Assembly: GCA_963422705.1 (NCBI GenBank)
Contig: OY730443.1
Location: forward strand, 2,910,956 to 2,974,955
Direction: 5' to 3'
From: Candidatus Poribacteria bacterium
Lineage (GTDB): Bacteria > Poribacteria > WGA-4E > WGA-3G
DNA length: 64,000 nt
Position numbers and translations under genes: made by a program. Numbering within the stretch: the stretch's first letter is position 1; each line of letters opens with the position of its first letter. Positions 49,397 to 58,730 of the stretch are shown one piece after another. The notes beneath the pieces are model-generated. The model was not told the origin of the DNA and searched no databases. It saw only the letters and a program-made list of their open reading frames with translations.

Positions 49397-50287
49397 ATGC
49401 AGTTAGCCGGCAGCTTGCAAAACCGGCGCCGGCTTTTTAACGGTATCACCGGGGGGATGTCAATGCAGTATGCTTCTTCGGACGGAATTGAAATTCACAG
49501 CGATATTGAAAAGGGTAGCATTAGCCATGTTGTGTTTGATTTTGACGGCACCATCTCGCTTATCCGAGACGGTTGGCAGAACGTCATGGTACCGATGATG
49601 GTTGAGTTTATCCAAACCGGTACCGATACCTCTGAAACGCCGGAGCAACTAGAGGCAATCGTCGTTGAATTTGTGGACAGACTGACGGGTAAGCAGACTA
49701 TCTACCAGATGATTCAGTTAAGCGAGGAGATTTCGAAACGCGGTGGGGTAACGAAGAACCCGCTCGATTACAAAGATGAATACAATCGCCGATTGCTACC
49801 TATCGTTGAGCAGCGCACTGCGGGACTCGCGGCAGCAACACTTTCTCCAGAAACGCTCCGCGTCCCAAAGTCCCTGGAATTTCTCAAACGCTTGCGCGCA
49901 AAACAGGGATTAACCTGCTATCTGGCGAGCGGCACCGATATTGAATTTGTACAAAAGGAAGCGGAACTTCTCAACGTGGCGTCCTATTTTGATGGGGGCA
50001 TCTTTGGCGCCTTACGCGAATATAAGAAGTTTTCCAAAGCCATGGTAATCCAGAAAATCCTCACAGATTTTCGTATCACGGGGGGTGAGCTCCTCATCAT
50101 TGGTGATGGATACGTAGAAATTGAAAATGCGAAAGCGGTAGGCGCAATTGCTGTCGGCGTGGCATCCGTGGAGGACAACATCTACAATATGAACGCGAAT
50201 AAACGCCAACGCCTGATTCGCGCAGGGGCTGATATCATCATTCCTGATTTCCGAGATGGGGAAAAACTCCTTGAATACCTATTCTAA
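49397..50287 (+). CDS. HAD-superfamily hydrolase
   Basis: Motif I FDFDGT and motif IV GDG. The start is possibly an internal Met around 49457-49463. Confidence 0.75.
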   Translation: MQLAGSLQNRRRLFNGITGGMSMQYASSDGIEIHSDIEKGSISHVVFDFDGTISLIRDGWQNVMVPMMVEFIQTGTDTSETPEQLEAIVVEFVDRLTGKQTIYQMIQLSEEISKRGGVTKNPLDYKDEYNRRLLPIVEQRTAGLAAATLSPETLRVPKSLEFLKRLRAKQGLTCYLASGTDIEFVQKEAELLNVASYFDGGIFGALREYKKFSKAMVIQKILTDFRITGGELLIIGDGYVEIENAKAVGAIAVGVASVEDNIYNMNANKRQRLIRAGADIIIPDFRDGEKLLEYLF

Positions 50288-50472
50288 CATACCGTTTCGC
50301 ATTGATGCTAAAATGACAGTAGCTGCCCGGAAGCAGCGCACCTGATTGCAGTGAAAAAATTGGGTGACACGAATATAATAATACAAAATAATGACTTTAT
50401 ATTTTGAGTGGAATTCGTTTCGGAGATTCGTTCCCGAGCGACATATTAATTTCTAAACTGTAGGAGATTCCC

Positions 50473-51276
50473 ATGAAATCTATCATGCAATTAACTTTTG
50501 TAGGACTGAGTTTAATTTTCAGCGTTTGCTTCATCATCACGCCCAGCTTCGCAGCACTTGATATGAGCACTGTGACAGGACTTTGGCTCTTTGATGATGG
50601 GAGTGGTGACGTTGCCGTGGATTCATCCGATAGCGCACTTGATGCAGCGGTGATGGGCAGCCCCACGTGGGTAAGCGGAAAATTCGGTTCGGCGTTGGAA
50701 CTTAACGGCGTCGATGCTTACGTTGAAGTCCCCGCACACGTGAATCCAACCGACGCAATCACTATTTCAATGTGGGTGAAAGGGTTGAGCGAAAACTGGC
50801 TGCAAAACGGGTGGTTCATTGAAAAACGGGACGCATATATTATTCACCCGAACGCCGATACCAAGAATGTGTCCTGGCCGATTTGTAACGGTGGCTGTTG
50901 GAATAAGCCCGGCGGCTGGCGCGACGGGGAAGTCGGCCCAGAAAATATCATGGACTGGCATCTCTACACCACCACCTTTGACAGCACGACAGGGGAGTGG
51001 AATATTTACATCGATGGCATCGCGGAAAGCACCATGACTATTGACACGGCGCCGATTGATGCCGACGACGGGGCGCTCTTTATTGGCAGGGATACATGTT
51101 GCGACGGACGCTTCGGAAACGCCATTATTGACGAAGTCGCTATCTTCAATGTTGCCCTCGGCGCCGCGGATATCCAAACGTTGATGGAAAAAGGACTTTC
51201 AGCTACACTCCTGACACCCGTTGAACCCGTCGATAAACTCTCTACGAGATGGGCAGACGTTAAACAACAGTACTAA
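50473..51276 (+). CDS. secreted LamG (concanavalin A-like lectin) domain protein
   Basis: A signal peptide, then LWLFDDGSGD..A.DSS, GKFGSALELNG, WH..T..FD and IDEVAIFN, which are typical LamG_3 blocks. Confidence 0.8.
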   Translation: MKSIMQLTFVGLSLIFSVCFIITPSFAALDMSTVTGLWLFDDGSGDVAVDSSDSALDAAVMGSPTWVSGKFGSALELNGVDAYVEVPAHVNPTDAITISMWVKGLSENWLQNGWFIEKRDAYIIHPNADTKNVSWPICNGGCWNKPGGWRDGEVGPENIMDWHLYTTTFDSTTGEWNIYIDGIAESTMTIDTAPIDADDGALFIGRDTCCDGRFGNAIIDEVAIFNVALGAADIQTLMEKGLSATLLTPVEPVDKLSTRWADVKQQY

Positions 51277-51285
51277 GCTTTTATT

Positions 51286-51311
51286 AAAGGCGGATTCCTA
51301 TATCCGCTTTT
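51286..51311 (+). terminator. rho-independent terminator
   Basis: AAAGGCGGAT-tcctat-ATCCGCTTTT, 10 nt after the LamG stop, ending in a T-run. Confidence 0.6.
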
Positions 51312-51405
51312 AATAAATTAATTAAATTTTTGAGGTTTCCAACCCGAAAATCTCACTAGGCTCGCCCCACGGTTGCTCTAAAAACAAAGGAGATGACATC
51401 ATATC

Positions 51406-52191
51406 ATGACAGCAAAAGCGATTTTCGTGTCCCTAATAGCGGTGCTATTTGTAACCGCACCCCTGATACACGCCCAACTGCCTCTAGATGGCGTTGTCAG
51501 TTACTGGCCATTTGATGAGGGAACAATTGCCGGGAACACCGTTGAGGACGTTCTCGGGGATAACGACGGTGAACTTGATGGCAATTTTAAGAAAGTTGAT
51601 GGAAAAGTCGGAAAAGCGTTGGAATTCGATGGTGAAAATTTCGTCCATATTCCCGGCACGGCCACGCTAGAATTCGCAGGGGCAGAAGAGATGAGTGTTG
51701 CCGCCTGGGTAAACGCCGATAGCGACAGCCCGGTAAAAGGCGTCGTTGCCGGGTGTTGCGGGACTATCGTCGCCCAGCGCGATATGAACGGGTGGGCATT
51801 AAGATTCGATGGAAGAAATGCAGGACAAGAGATGGAATTTATTGTCATGCCCGGGTGGCAGGGTGATGGCGGCTTTGGCGCCGCAGCCTTCAAGAAGGGA
51901 CAGTGGCACCACATAGTCGGCATTGTGAACAAAAAGGAGATGTTACTCTACGTTGATGGACAATTAGAGAAAGAGATGACTTACAACGGTCCCATGGCAA
52001 CGAACGGTTCTGAAACCGAGATTGGCAAGGCGGGGGACGGTGGCTTCGTCGGCATCATTGACGAGGTAATGATTTATAGCAAGGCGCTCTCAGCTGATGA
52101 AGTCGAACAAATCTTTGAAGCAAAGGGGTTACCCGTTCAACCTACCGGTAAACTTACAACCACTTGGGCGAACGTTAAACACCAGGACTAA
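51406..52191 (+). CDS. secreted LamG domain protein
   Basis: A signal peptide, then YWPFDEG, GKVGKALEFDG, WHH..G.. and IDEVMIYS. Confidence 0.8.
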   Translation: MTAKAIFVSLIAVLFVTAPLIHAQLPLDGVVSYWPFDEGTIAGNTVEDVLGDNDGELDGNFKKVDGKVGKALEFDGENFVHIPGTATLEFAGAEEMSVAAWVNADSDSPVKGVVAGCCGTIVAQRDMNGWALRFDGRNAGQEMEFIVMPGWQGDGGFGAAAFKKGQWHHIVGIVNKKEMLLYVDGQLEKEMTYNGPMATNGSETEIGKAGDGGFVGIIDEVMIYSKALSADEVEQIFEAKGLPVQPTGKLTTTWANVKHQD

Positions 52192-52430
52192 GCCGTTTCC
52201 AAATCAGGTTCCCCCCGGGGGGAGAAAATAAAAAATCACACGAAAACGTTGCGTTTGAAAATCCAAATTTCATGTCAATAAAACATGTGTAAGAAGCAGA
52301 ACCATTTCGCACCCCGCTCAGAACGATGCTAAATCCCACGTCGTGTGGGGGCGATTATCTGCTCGCGATATCCCTTGAGAAACTGAAAACGAAACGCCCT
52401 CGCTTGAGCGTTAATACGAAAGGAGCCGTT

Positions 52431-53513
52431 ATGGAACCAGTAAGAGTCGGCGTTATCGGATGTGGCGTGATTGGCAGTAGACATCTCAATATCGCCGCAA
52501 CCGCACCGCATATTGAGCTCGTCGCCGCGGCAGACATCATCCAAGAAAATCGGCAGCGGGCCGTCAAACGATTTCAGCCACCGAAAATGTACGAGAATGA
52601 CGTTGAACTGCTCAATGACGATGACATTGAGGCGGTTGTCCTCGCCTTTCCGACACAATACCGCACCGAGGTGGCACTCCGCGCCTTTGAAAGCGGCAAA
52701 CACGTGCTGATAGAAAAACCGATTGCGATGAACGCCGATGAGGTTGAAAAACTTATCGCGGCCCGGGGTTCCCTGACGTCGGCTTGCTGCTCATCGCGCA
52801 ATCGCTTTTCCAAATCCGCGCAGCTCGCGACGCGGCTGATTACGGCCGGCGAGTTAGGAGAACTTCGTACCGTCTACTGCCGGGCTATCGTTGGGGCGCG
52901 CCAAAAACCGGACACCCCGCGCCCAGCATGGCGGTTAATAAAGGAAATGAACGGCGGAGGAATTCTCGTCAACTGGGGATGCTACGATATCGATTATCTG
53001 CTCGGGATTACCGGATGGGAACTCAAACCGAAAACAGTCTTCGCGCAAACCTGGACTGTACCCCAGCGCTTTGAATCCCACATCGCACCCGGCTCCGATG
53101 CAGAAACACACTACACCGCTCTCATTCGCTGTGACGGCGGAACGGTAATTAGCCTCGAACGGGGAGAGTTTATGACGATGCAGTCGCACGCCGACTGGCA
53201 GATTATCGGAACAAAAGGTTCACTCAAACTCAAAATGGGCGACGGAAAACCGGAAAGCGTCACCCATAACCAAACAACAATGGAAGGCGGTGTCACGGCA
53301 GCACCCCTCCCCGATTTCACAATCGACAACGACGGCAAGAAAATTCAGGGTATCACATCTCAATACGATACCCCGTTGGCAGATTTCGCCGCCGCAATTC
53401 GTGAAAACAGGCAACCCATGACATCCCTGGAACAGGCGCTTGTTGTCCAGAAAATAACCGATGCTATTTACACCTCGGCAGAGAGAGCAACCGCTGTGGA
53501 AATAGGAGGCTAA
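52431..53513 (+). CDS. Gfo/Idh/MocA family oxidoreductase
   Basis: VGVIGCGVIGSRH Rossmann motif and EKP. ATG at 52431 is preceded by AAAGGAG; the track start at 52326 is rejected. Confidence 0.85.
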   Translation: MEPVRVGVIGCGVIGSRHLNIAATAPHIELVAAADIIQENRQRAVKRFQPPKMYENDVELLNDDDIEAVVLAFPTQYRTEVALRAFESGKHVLIEKPIAMNADEVEKLIAARGSLTSACCSSRNRFSKSAQLATRLITAGELGELRTVYCRAIVGARQKPDTPRPAWRLIKEMNGGGILVNWGCYDIDYLLGITGWELKPKTVFAQTWTVPQRFESHIAPGSDAETHYTALIRCDGGTVISLERGEFMTMQSHADWQIIGTKGSLKLKMGDGKPESVTHNQTTMEGGVTAAPLPDFTIDNDGKKIQGITSQYDTPLADFAAAIRENRQPMTSLEQALVVQKITDAIYTSAERATAVEIGG

Positions 53514-53515
53514 AC

Positions 53516-53918
53516 ATGAAGCCCATCGCTCTATTTTTTTTACGGGCTCAATCATAACTCCATATTGTTGTACAGCATCGGTACCAGCATCACGCTCTTT
53601 TCTCTCAGCTATTTGGATGACTTCGACGGTGTCTGGTTGTTCGATGAAGACAACGGAAAAACCGCATCAAACGGAACGGTGGGGCCGGCTTCTGGGCAAT
53701 GAGCGCTAGTATTGATAGAAACACCGGTTTTTTTATCTTTGAAGGCGGCGGGCATCACATTGACGATGGAAAAACCGAGATTGTTAAGAAGGGCTGGCAT
53801 CACACCGTCGCTGTCCGGAGAAATGGCGTTATCTCCCTCTACGTCGACGGTGAAAAGGAGACAGAGCGCAATGTCGGCGCCAATATGGATAATCCCGCAT
53901 CCCTCAAATTCGGTGACA
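53516..53918 (+). pseudogene. third LamG gene, degraded (frameshift in T8 run, internal stop, 3' end deleted)
   Basis: AGGAGG lies 6 nt before ATG 53516 (MKPIALFF..). The frame is lost in a run of 8 T. LamG blocks occur in other frames (LDDFDGVWLFDEDNGK.., GWHHTVAVRRNGVISLYVDGE). Homology ends abruptly at about 53918. Confidence 0.6.
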
Positions 53919-54094
53919 GGGGCTTTCACCGCTGATTTTGGCAGCGGTTCCCCCGCTGATTTCGGCAGCGATTCAACGCGTTTGTCACGCTTGAGCGGTG
54001 CTTTCCGGGACTGTGTCTGTAGCAAGTAGAGGCTCACAGCAACAACTGCCAGGAGCAACAGAGATAAACTGAACCAGATTTTTCGGATAACCAT
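53919..54094 (-). pseudogene. truncated sixth copy (F6') of the array family: first ~59 codons only
   Basis: MVIRKIWFSLSLLLLAVVAVSLYLLQTQSRKAPLKRDKRVESLPKSAGEPLPKSAVKAP, then antisense LamG remnant sequence. The track ORF 53609-54199 is therefore chimeric. Confidence 0.65.
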
Positions 54095-54293
54095 TCGGTG
54101 CTCCTTCCACACGTGTACGTGCACGGTGAAATCACACCAACGCAGCTCCGATGAGTTGCGCGGGGAAATACAACGGATGGGCGTGTTGCCGAAACACAAC
54201 TACGTCCCAAATCGAAAAGATACTTTTACGCCAAGATTCAACGTCACAGACATTTTAGAAAAAAACACATGTTTTCGCACGCATTTTTTGAGA

Positions 54294-54326
54294 CAATACC
54301 AGCAAAAAAATACACACTGTTTTCAT
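54294..54326 (-). pseudogene. decapitated remnant of the M15 peptidase gene start (ATGAAAACAGTGTGTATTTTTTTGCTGGTATTG)
   Basis: It lies 12 nt after the F5 stop. It matches the first codons (MKTVCIFLL..) of the gene at 60746 and is then fused to leader sequence. Confidence 0.65.
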
Positions 54327-54338
54327 GATAAAACACCT

Positions 54339-55259
54339 CTATTTTAGACGCGCAAGCGCACCGCGCGCGGCTATTTCTTCATCGTAATTAGGTTTTTCTT
54401 GCGCCAAAACCGCTTCCCATCTTGGTATCAGGATGTGTTCCACAATGCCGCCGAGCTCGGCACGATGCCGTGCGGCAATCCTGCCTAATACCTCAATGGG
54501 GTAACGTCGTTCGTAGGGCTTCGCGCCCATATCAAGCATATAAGGGATAAGATACGGCACGGCAGCCACCCCCATCTCTGCCAACATATTTATCGGACTC
54601 AGTCCTCCAACAAGCCCTTCACAGAGATAAGTTGCCATAACAACGATAGAACGCGGGTCATTCGTATCAAGACTGCCGAGTAGATCGAATGTTTCTTCCA
54701 TATCGCTGTGTCCTGTCGGGCCTGAAAACCCATCGGGGGACGGCATGAGTTGCGCGATGAGGCTAGGCGTTTCGGGGTTCGGCACACCGCCCCATTCCCA
54801 GATATTGTTGGCGATGTACTCCACCCGGTGCCACGCCGCAAGCACCGCCGGTTCGGTGATACCTTCAGGGATGTCCACTACTGCGGCGGTATACTCGCGC
54901 GAGGCGGACACCGCCGGCGACGCAGCAATATTCTCGTTAGGAACTTCAGGGGGCGCAGGCAGTTCGGCATGCGATTCTTCGACGGGCACTTCTCCACCTT
55001 TGTTAGGAATTTCGGGGGTATCAGACTGTTCGGCGTCCCGTGCGTCGCCGGGCACTTCTCCGCCTTGCGAGGACTCATCAACGGGGGCTTTCACCGCTGA
55101 TTTTGGCAGCCCTTCCCCCGCTGATTTCGGCAGCGATTCAACGCGTTTGTCACGCTTGAGGGATTCTTTGGGAGACTGTGTCTGTAGCAAATAGAGGCTC
55201 ACAGCAACAACTGCCAGGAGCAACAGAGATAAACTGAACCAGATTTTTCGGATAACCAT
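54339..55259 (-). CDS. array family protein F5 (signal-anchor, PE-rich linker, unknown C-terminal domain)
   Basis: 306 aa. GGAAGGAG lies 7 nt before the ATG (MVIRKIWF..). It has a TM helix and is a paralog of F1-F4. Confidence 0.8.
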   Translation of the reverse strand: MVIRKIWFSLSLLLLAVVAVSLYLLQTQSPKESLKRDKRVESLPKSAGEGLPKSAVKAPVDESSQGGEVPGDARDAEQSDTPEIPNKGGEVPVEESHAELPAPPEVPNENIAASPAVSASREYTAAVVDIPEGITEPAVLAAWHRVEYIANNIWEWGGVPNPETPSLIAQLMPSPDGFSGPTGHSDMEETFDLLGSLDTNDPRSIVVMATYLCEGLVGGLSPINMLAEMGVAAVPYLIPYMLDMGAKPYERRYPIEVLGRIAARHRAELGGIVEHILIPRWEAVLAQEKPNYDEEIAARGALARLK

Positions 55260-55458
55260 TCGGCACTCCTTCCACACGTGTACGTGCACGGTGAAATCAC
55301 ACCAACGCAGCTCCGATGAGTTGCGCGAGGAAATACAACGGATGGACGTGTTGCCGAAACACAACTACGTCCCAAATCGAAAAGATACTTTTACGCCAAG
55401 ATTCAACGTCACAGACATGCTAGAAAAAAACACATGTTTTCGCAAGCATTTTTTGATA

Positions 55459-55491
55459 CAATACCAGCAAAAAAATACGCACTGTTTTCAT
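55459..55491 (-). pseudogene. decapitated remnant of the M15 peptidase gene start
   Basis: 12 nt after the F4 stop; same sequence logic as 54294-54326. Confidence 0.65.
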
Positions 55492-55503
55492 GATAAAACA
55501 CCT

Positions 55504-56409
55504 CTATTTTAGACGCGCAAGCGCATCGCGCGCGGATTTTCCTTCATGGTAATCCGGTTCTTCTTGCGCCAAAATCGCTTCCCATCTCGGTATCAGGATG
55601 TGTTCTACAATGCCGCCGAGCTCGGCACGATGCTGTGCGGCAATCTTGCCTAATACGTCAATCGGGTAACGTCGTTCGTAGGGCTTCGCGCCCATATCAA
55701 GCATATAAGGGATAAGATACGGCACGGCAGCCACCCCCATCCTTGCCAACGCATTTTCTGGTCCCAGTCCTCCAACACGCCCTCCACAGTAGTAAGTTGC
55801 CATAACGACGATAGAACGCGGGTCATTCGTATCGAGGCTGCCGAGTCGATTGAATGTTTCTTCCATATCGCTGTGTCCTGTCGGGCCTGAAAACCCATCG
55901 GGGGACGGCATGAGTTGCGCGATGAGGCCAGGCGTTTCGGGGTTGGGTACACCGCCCCATTCCCAGATATTGTTGGCGATGTATTCCACCCGGTGCCACG
56001 CCGCAAGCACCGCCGGTTCGGTGATACCTTCAGGGATGTCCACTACTGCCGGGGTATACTCGCGCGAGGCGGACACCGCCGGCGCAGCAATACCCTCGTT
56101 AGGAACTTCAGGGAGCGCAGACCGCTCGGCATGCGATTCTTCGACGGGCACTTCTCCGCCTTTGTTAGGAATTTCGGGGGTATCAGGCTGTTCCTCGCCG
56201 GGCCGTTCTCCGCCTTGCGAGGGTTCATCAACGGGGGCTCCCCCCGCTGATTTTGGCAGCTCTTCCCCCGCTGATTTCAGCAACGATTCAACGGGGGTGG
56301 CACGCTTGAGGGATTCTTTGGGAGACTGTGTCTGTAGCAAATAGAGGCTCACAGCAACAACTGCCAGGAGCAACAGAGATAAACTGAACCAGGGTTTTCG
56401 GATAACCAT
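55504..56409 (-). CDS. array family protein F4
   Basis: 301 aa, same architecture. The RBS is GGAAGGAG. Confidence 0.8.
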   Translation of the reverse strand: MVIRKPWFSLSLLLLAVVAVSLYLLQTQSPKESLKRATPVESLLKSAGEELPKSAGGAPVDEPSQGGERPGEEQPDTPEIPNKGGEVPVEESHAERSALPEVPNEGIAAPAVSASREYTPAVVDIPEGITEPAVLAAWHRVEYIANNIWEWGGVPNPETPGLIAQLMPSPDGFSGPTGHSDMEETFNRLGSLDTNDPRSIVVMATYYCGGRVGGLGPENALARMGVAAVPYLIPYMLDMGAKPYERRYPIDVLGKIAAQHRAELGGIVEHILIPRWEAILAQEEPDYHEGKSARDALARLK

Positions 56410-56457
56410 TCGGCGCTCCTTCCACACGTGTATGTGCAGGGTGACATCATTTTGAGA

Positions 56458-56491
56458 CAATACCAGCAGAAGAAATACACACTGTTTTCAT
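56458..56491 (-). pseudogene. decapitated remnant of the M15 peptidase gene start
   Basis: 13 nt after the F3 stop (ATGAAAACAGTGTGTATTTCTTCTGCTGGTATTG). Confidence 0.65.
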
Positions 56492-56504
56492 GATAAAAAC
56501 ACCT

Positions 56505-57359
56505 CTATTTTAGACGCGAAAGCGCATCGCGCGCCCGCTTTTCTTCAGAGTAATCCGGTTTTTCTTGCGCCAAAATCGATTCCCATCTCGGTATCAGGAT
56601 GTGTTCCACAATGCCCTCTAAATCGGCGCGATGCCGTGCGGCAATCTTGCCTAATACGATAATCGCTCTACTTCGTAAGTTCGGACTGTGCTCCATATCA
56701 AGCATATAACGGATAAGATACGGCACGGCAGCCACCCCCATCCTTGCCAACGCATTTTCTGGTCCCAGTCCTCCAACACGCCCTCCACAGTAGTAAGTTG
56801 CCATAACGACGATAGAACGCGGGTCATTCGTATCGAGGCTGCCGAGTCGATTGAATGTTTCTTCCATATCGCTGTGTCCTGTCGGGCCTGAAAACCCATC
56901 GGGGGACGGCATGAGTTGCGCGATGAGGCCAGGCGTTGCGGGGTTGGGCACACCGCCCCATGCCCAGATATTGTTGGCGATGTATTCCACCCGGTGCCAC
57001 GCCGCAAGCACCGCCGGTTCAGTGATACCTTCAGGGATGTCCACTACCGCGGGGGTATACTCGCGCGAGGCGGACACACCCGGCCGCGCAGCAATACCTT
57101 CGTTAGGAACTTCGGAGGTATCAGGCGGTTCGGCGTCCCGTGCGTCGACGGGCACTTCTCCACCTTGCGAAGGCTCATCAACGGGGGCTCCCGCCGCTGA
57201 TTTTGGCAGCGGTTTCCCCGCTGATTTCGGCAGCGATTCAACGCGTTTGTCACGCTTGAGGGATTCTTTGGGAGACTGTGTCTGTAGCAAGTAGAGACTC
57301 ACACCAACAACGGCGATGAGCAACAGAGATAAACTGAACCAGGGTTTTCGGATAACCAT
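56505..57359 (-). CDS. array family protein F3
   Basis: 284 aa with the shortest linker. Confidence 0.8.
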   Translation of the reverse strand: MVIRKPWFSLSLLLIAVVGVSLYLLQTQSPKESLKRDKRVESLPKSAGKPLPKSAAGAPVDEPSQGGEVPVDARDAEPPDTSEVPNEGIAARPGVSASREYTPAVVDIPEGITEPAVLAAWHRVEYIANNIWAWGGVPNPATPGLIAQLMPSPDGFSGPTGHSDMEETFNRLGSLDTNDPRSIVVMATYYCGGRVGGLGPENALARMGVAAVPYLIRYMLDMEHSPNLRSRAIIVLGKIAARHRADLEGIVEHILIPRWESILAQEKPDYSEEKRARDALSRLK

Positions 57360-57438
57360 TCGGCGCTCCTTCCACACGTGTACGTGCAGGGTGAAATCAC
57401 ACCAACGGAGCTCCGATGAGTTACGCGGGGATTTGAGA

Positions 57439-57472
57439 CAATACCAACAGAAAAAATACGCACTGTTTTCAT
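57439..57472 (-). pseudogene. decapitated remnant of the M15 peptidase gene start
   Basis: 13 nt after the F2 stop (ATGAAAACAGTGCGTATTTTTTCTGTTGGTATTG). Confidence 0.65.
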
Positions 57473-57485
57473 GATAAAAATACCT

Positions 57486-58382
57486 CTATTTTAGACGCGA
57501 AAGCGCATCGCGCGCGGCTATTTCTTCATCGTAATTAGGTTTTTCTTGCGCCAAAATCGCTTCAAATCTCGGTATCAGGATGTGTTCTACAATCCCGCCT
57601 AGCTCCGCGCGATGCCGTGCGGCAATCCTGCCTAATATGATAATGGGTCTATACCGTAATAGCGGTGTCATCTCCATATCAAGCATATAAGGGATAAGAT
57701 ACGGCACGGCAGGAACCCCCATCTCTACCAACATATCTATCGGACCCATCCCTCCAACAATCCCTTCACAGAGGTAAGTTGCCATAACGACGATAGAACG
57801 CGGGTCATTCGTATCGAGGCTGCCGAGTCGATTGAATGTTTCTTCCATATCGCTGTGTCCTGTCGGGCCTGAAAACCCATTGGGGACGGGCATGAGTTGT
57901 GCGATGAGGCCAGGCGTTGCGGGGTTGGGCACACCGCCCCATGCCCAGATATTGTTGGCGATGTACTCCACCCGGTGCCACGCCGCAAGCACCGCCGGTT
58001 CGGTGATACCTTCAGGGATGTCCACTACCGCGGGGGTATACTCGCGCGAGGCGGACACACCCGGCCGCGCAGCAATACCTTCGTTAGGAACTTCGGAGGT
58101 ATCAGGCGGTTCGGCATGCGATTCTTCGACGGACACTTCTCCACCTTTGTTAGGAACTTCGGGGGTATCAGACTGTTCGGCGTCCCGTGCGTCGACGGGC
58201 ACTTCTCCACCTTGCGAAGGCTCATCAACGGGGGCTTTCACCGCTGATTTCGGCAGCGATTCAACGCGTTTGTCACGCTTGAGCGGTGCTTTCGGGGACT
58301 GTGTCTGTAGCAAGTAGAGGCTCACAGCAACAACTGCCAGGAGCAACAGAGATAAACTGAACCAGATTTTTCGGATAACCAT
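57486..58382 (-). CDS. array family protein F2
   Basis: 298 aa, same architecture. Confidence 0.8.
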   Translation of the reverse strand: MVIRKIWFSLSLLLLAVVAVSLYLLQTQSPKAPLKRDKRVESLPKSAVKAPVDEPSQGGEVPVDARDAEQSDTPEVPNKGGEVSVEESHAEPPDTSEVPNEGIAARPGVSASREYTPAVVDIPEGITEPAVLAAWHRVEYIANNIWAWGGVPNPATPGLIAQLMPVPNGFSGPTGHSDMEETFNRLGSLDTNDPRSIVVMATYLCEGIVGGMGPIDMLVEMGVPAVPYLIPYMLDMEMTPLLRYRPIIILGRIAARHRAELGGIVEHILIPRFEAILAQEKPNYDEEIAARDALSRLK

Positions 58383-58730
58383 TCGGCACTCCTTCCACAC
58401 GTGTACGTGCCGGGTCAAATCACACCAACGCAGCTCGGATAAGTTGCGAGGGGAAATGCAACGGATGGGCGTGTTGCTGAAACACAACTACGTCCCAAGA
58501 GGGTGCTAGTCTCTATTGGTATCGCACACAAACCGAGTTGTACGCTATGATAGAAACTAGCGCTGTTATCGTCTACTTACGGGTGCTCGGTAAAGCATTC
58601 TATAAAAAACACACACTGTTCGGCAAGCATTTTTTCATACAATAACGCCAATAAGACGAACGCCCCCGCAATCAAAAGAACATAGGGTTGAAAAGGGTGA
58701 TGCTGTTTCTCTCATCGTCGAAAAAGCACA

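Noticed and set aside
52209-52224. The palindrome TTCCCCCCGGGGGGA after the second LamG gene, considered as a terminator.
   Set aside because: It has no loop and no downstream U-tract; an A-run follows. It was left unannotated.
55260-55364. N-terminal extensions (MCFGNT..RWCDFTVHVHVWKECR) of the array-family ORFs, as drawn in the track.
   Set aside because: A strong GGAAGGAG RBS sits 7 nt before the internal ATG (MVIRK..), which begins the TM helix. The extension is leader sequence and is absent or deleted in F3/F4.
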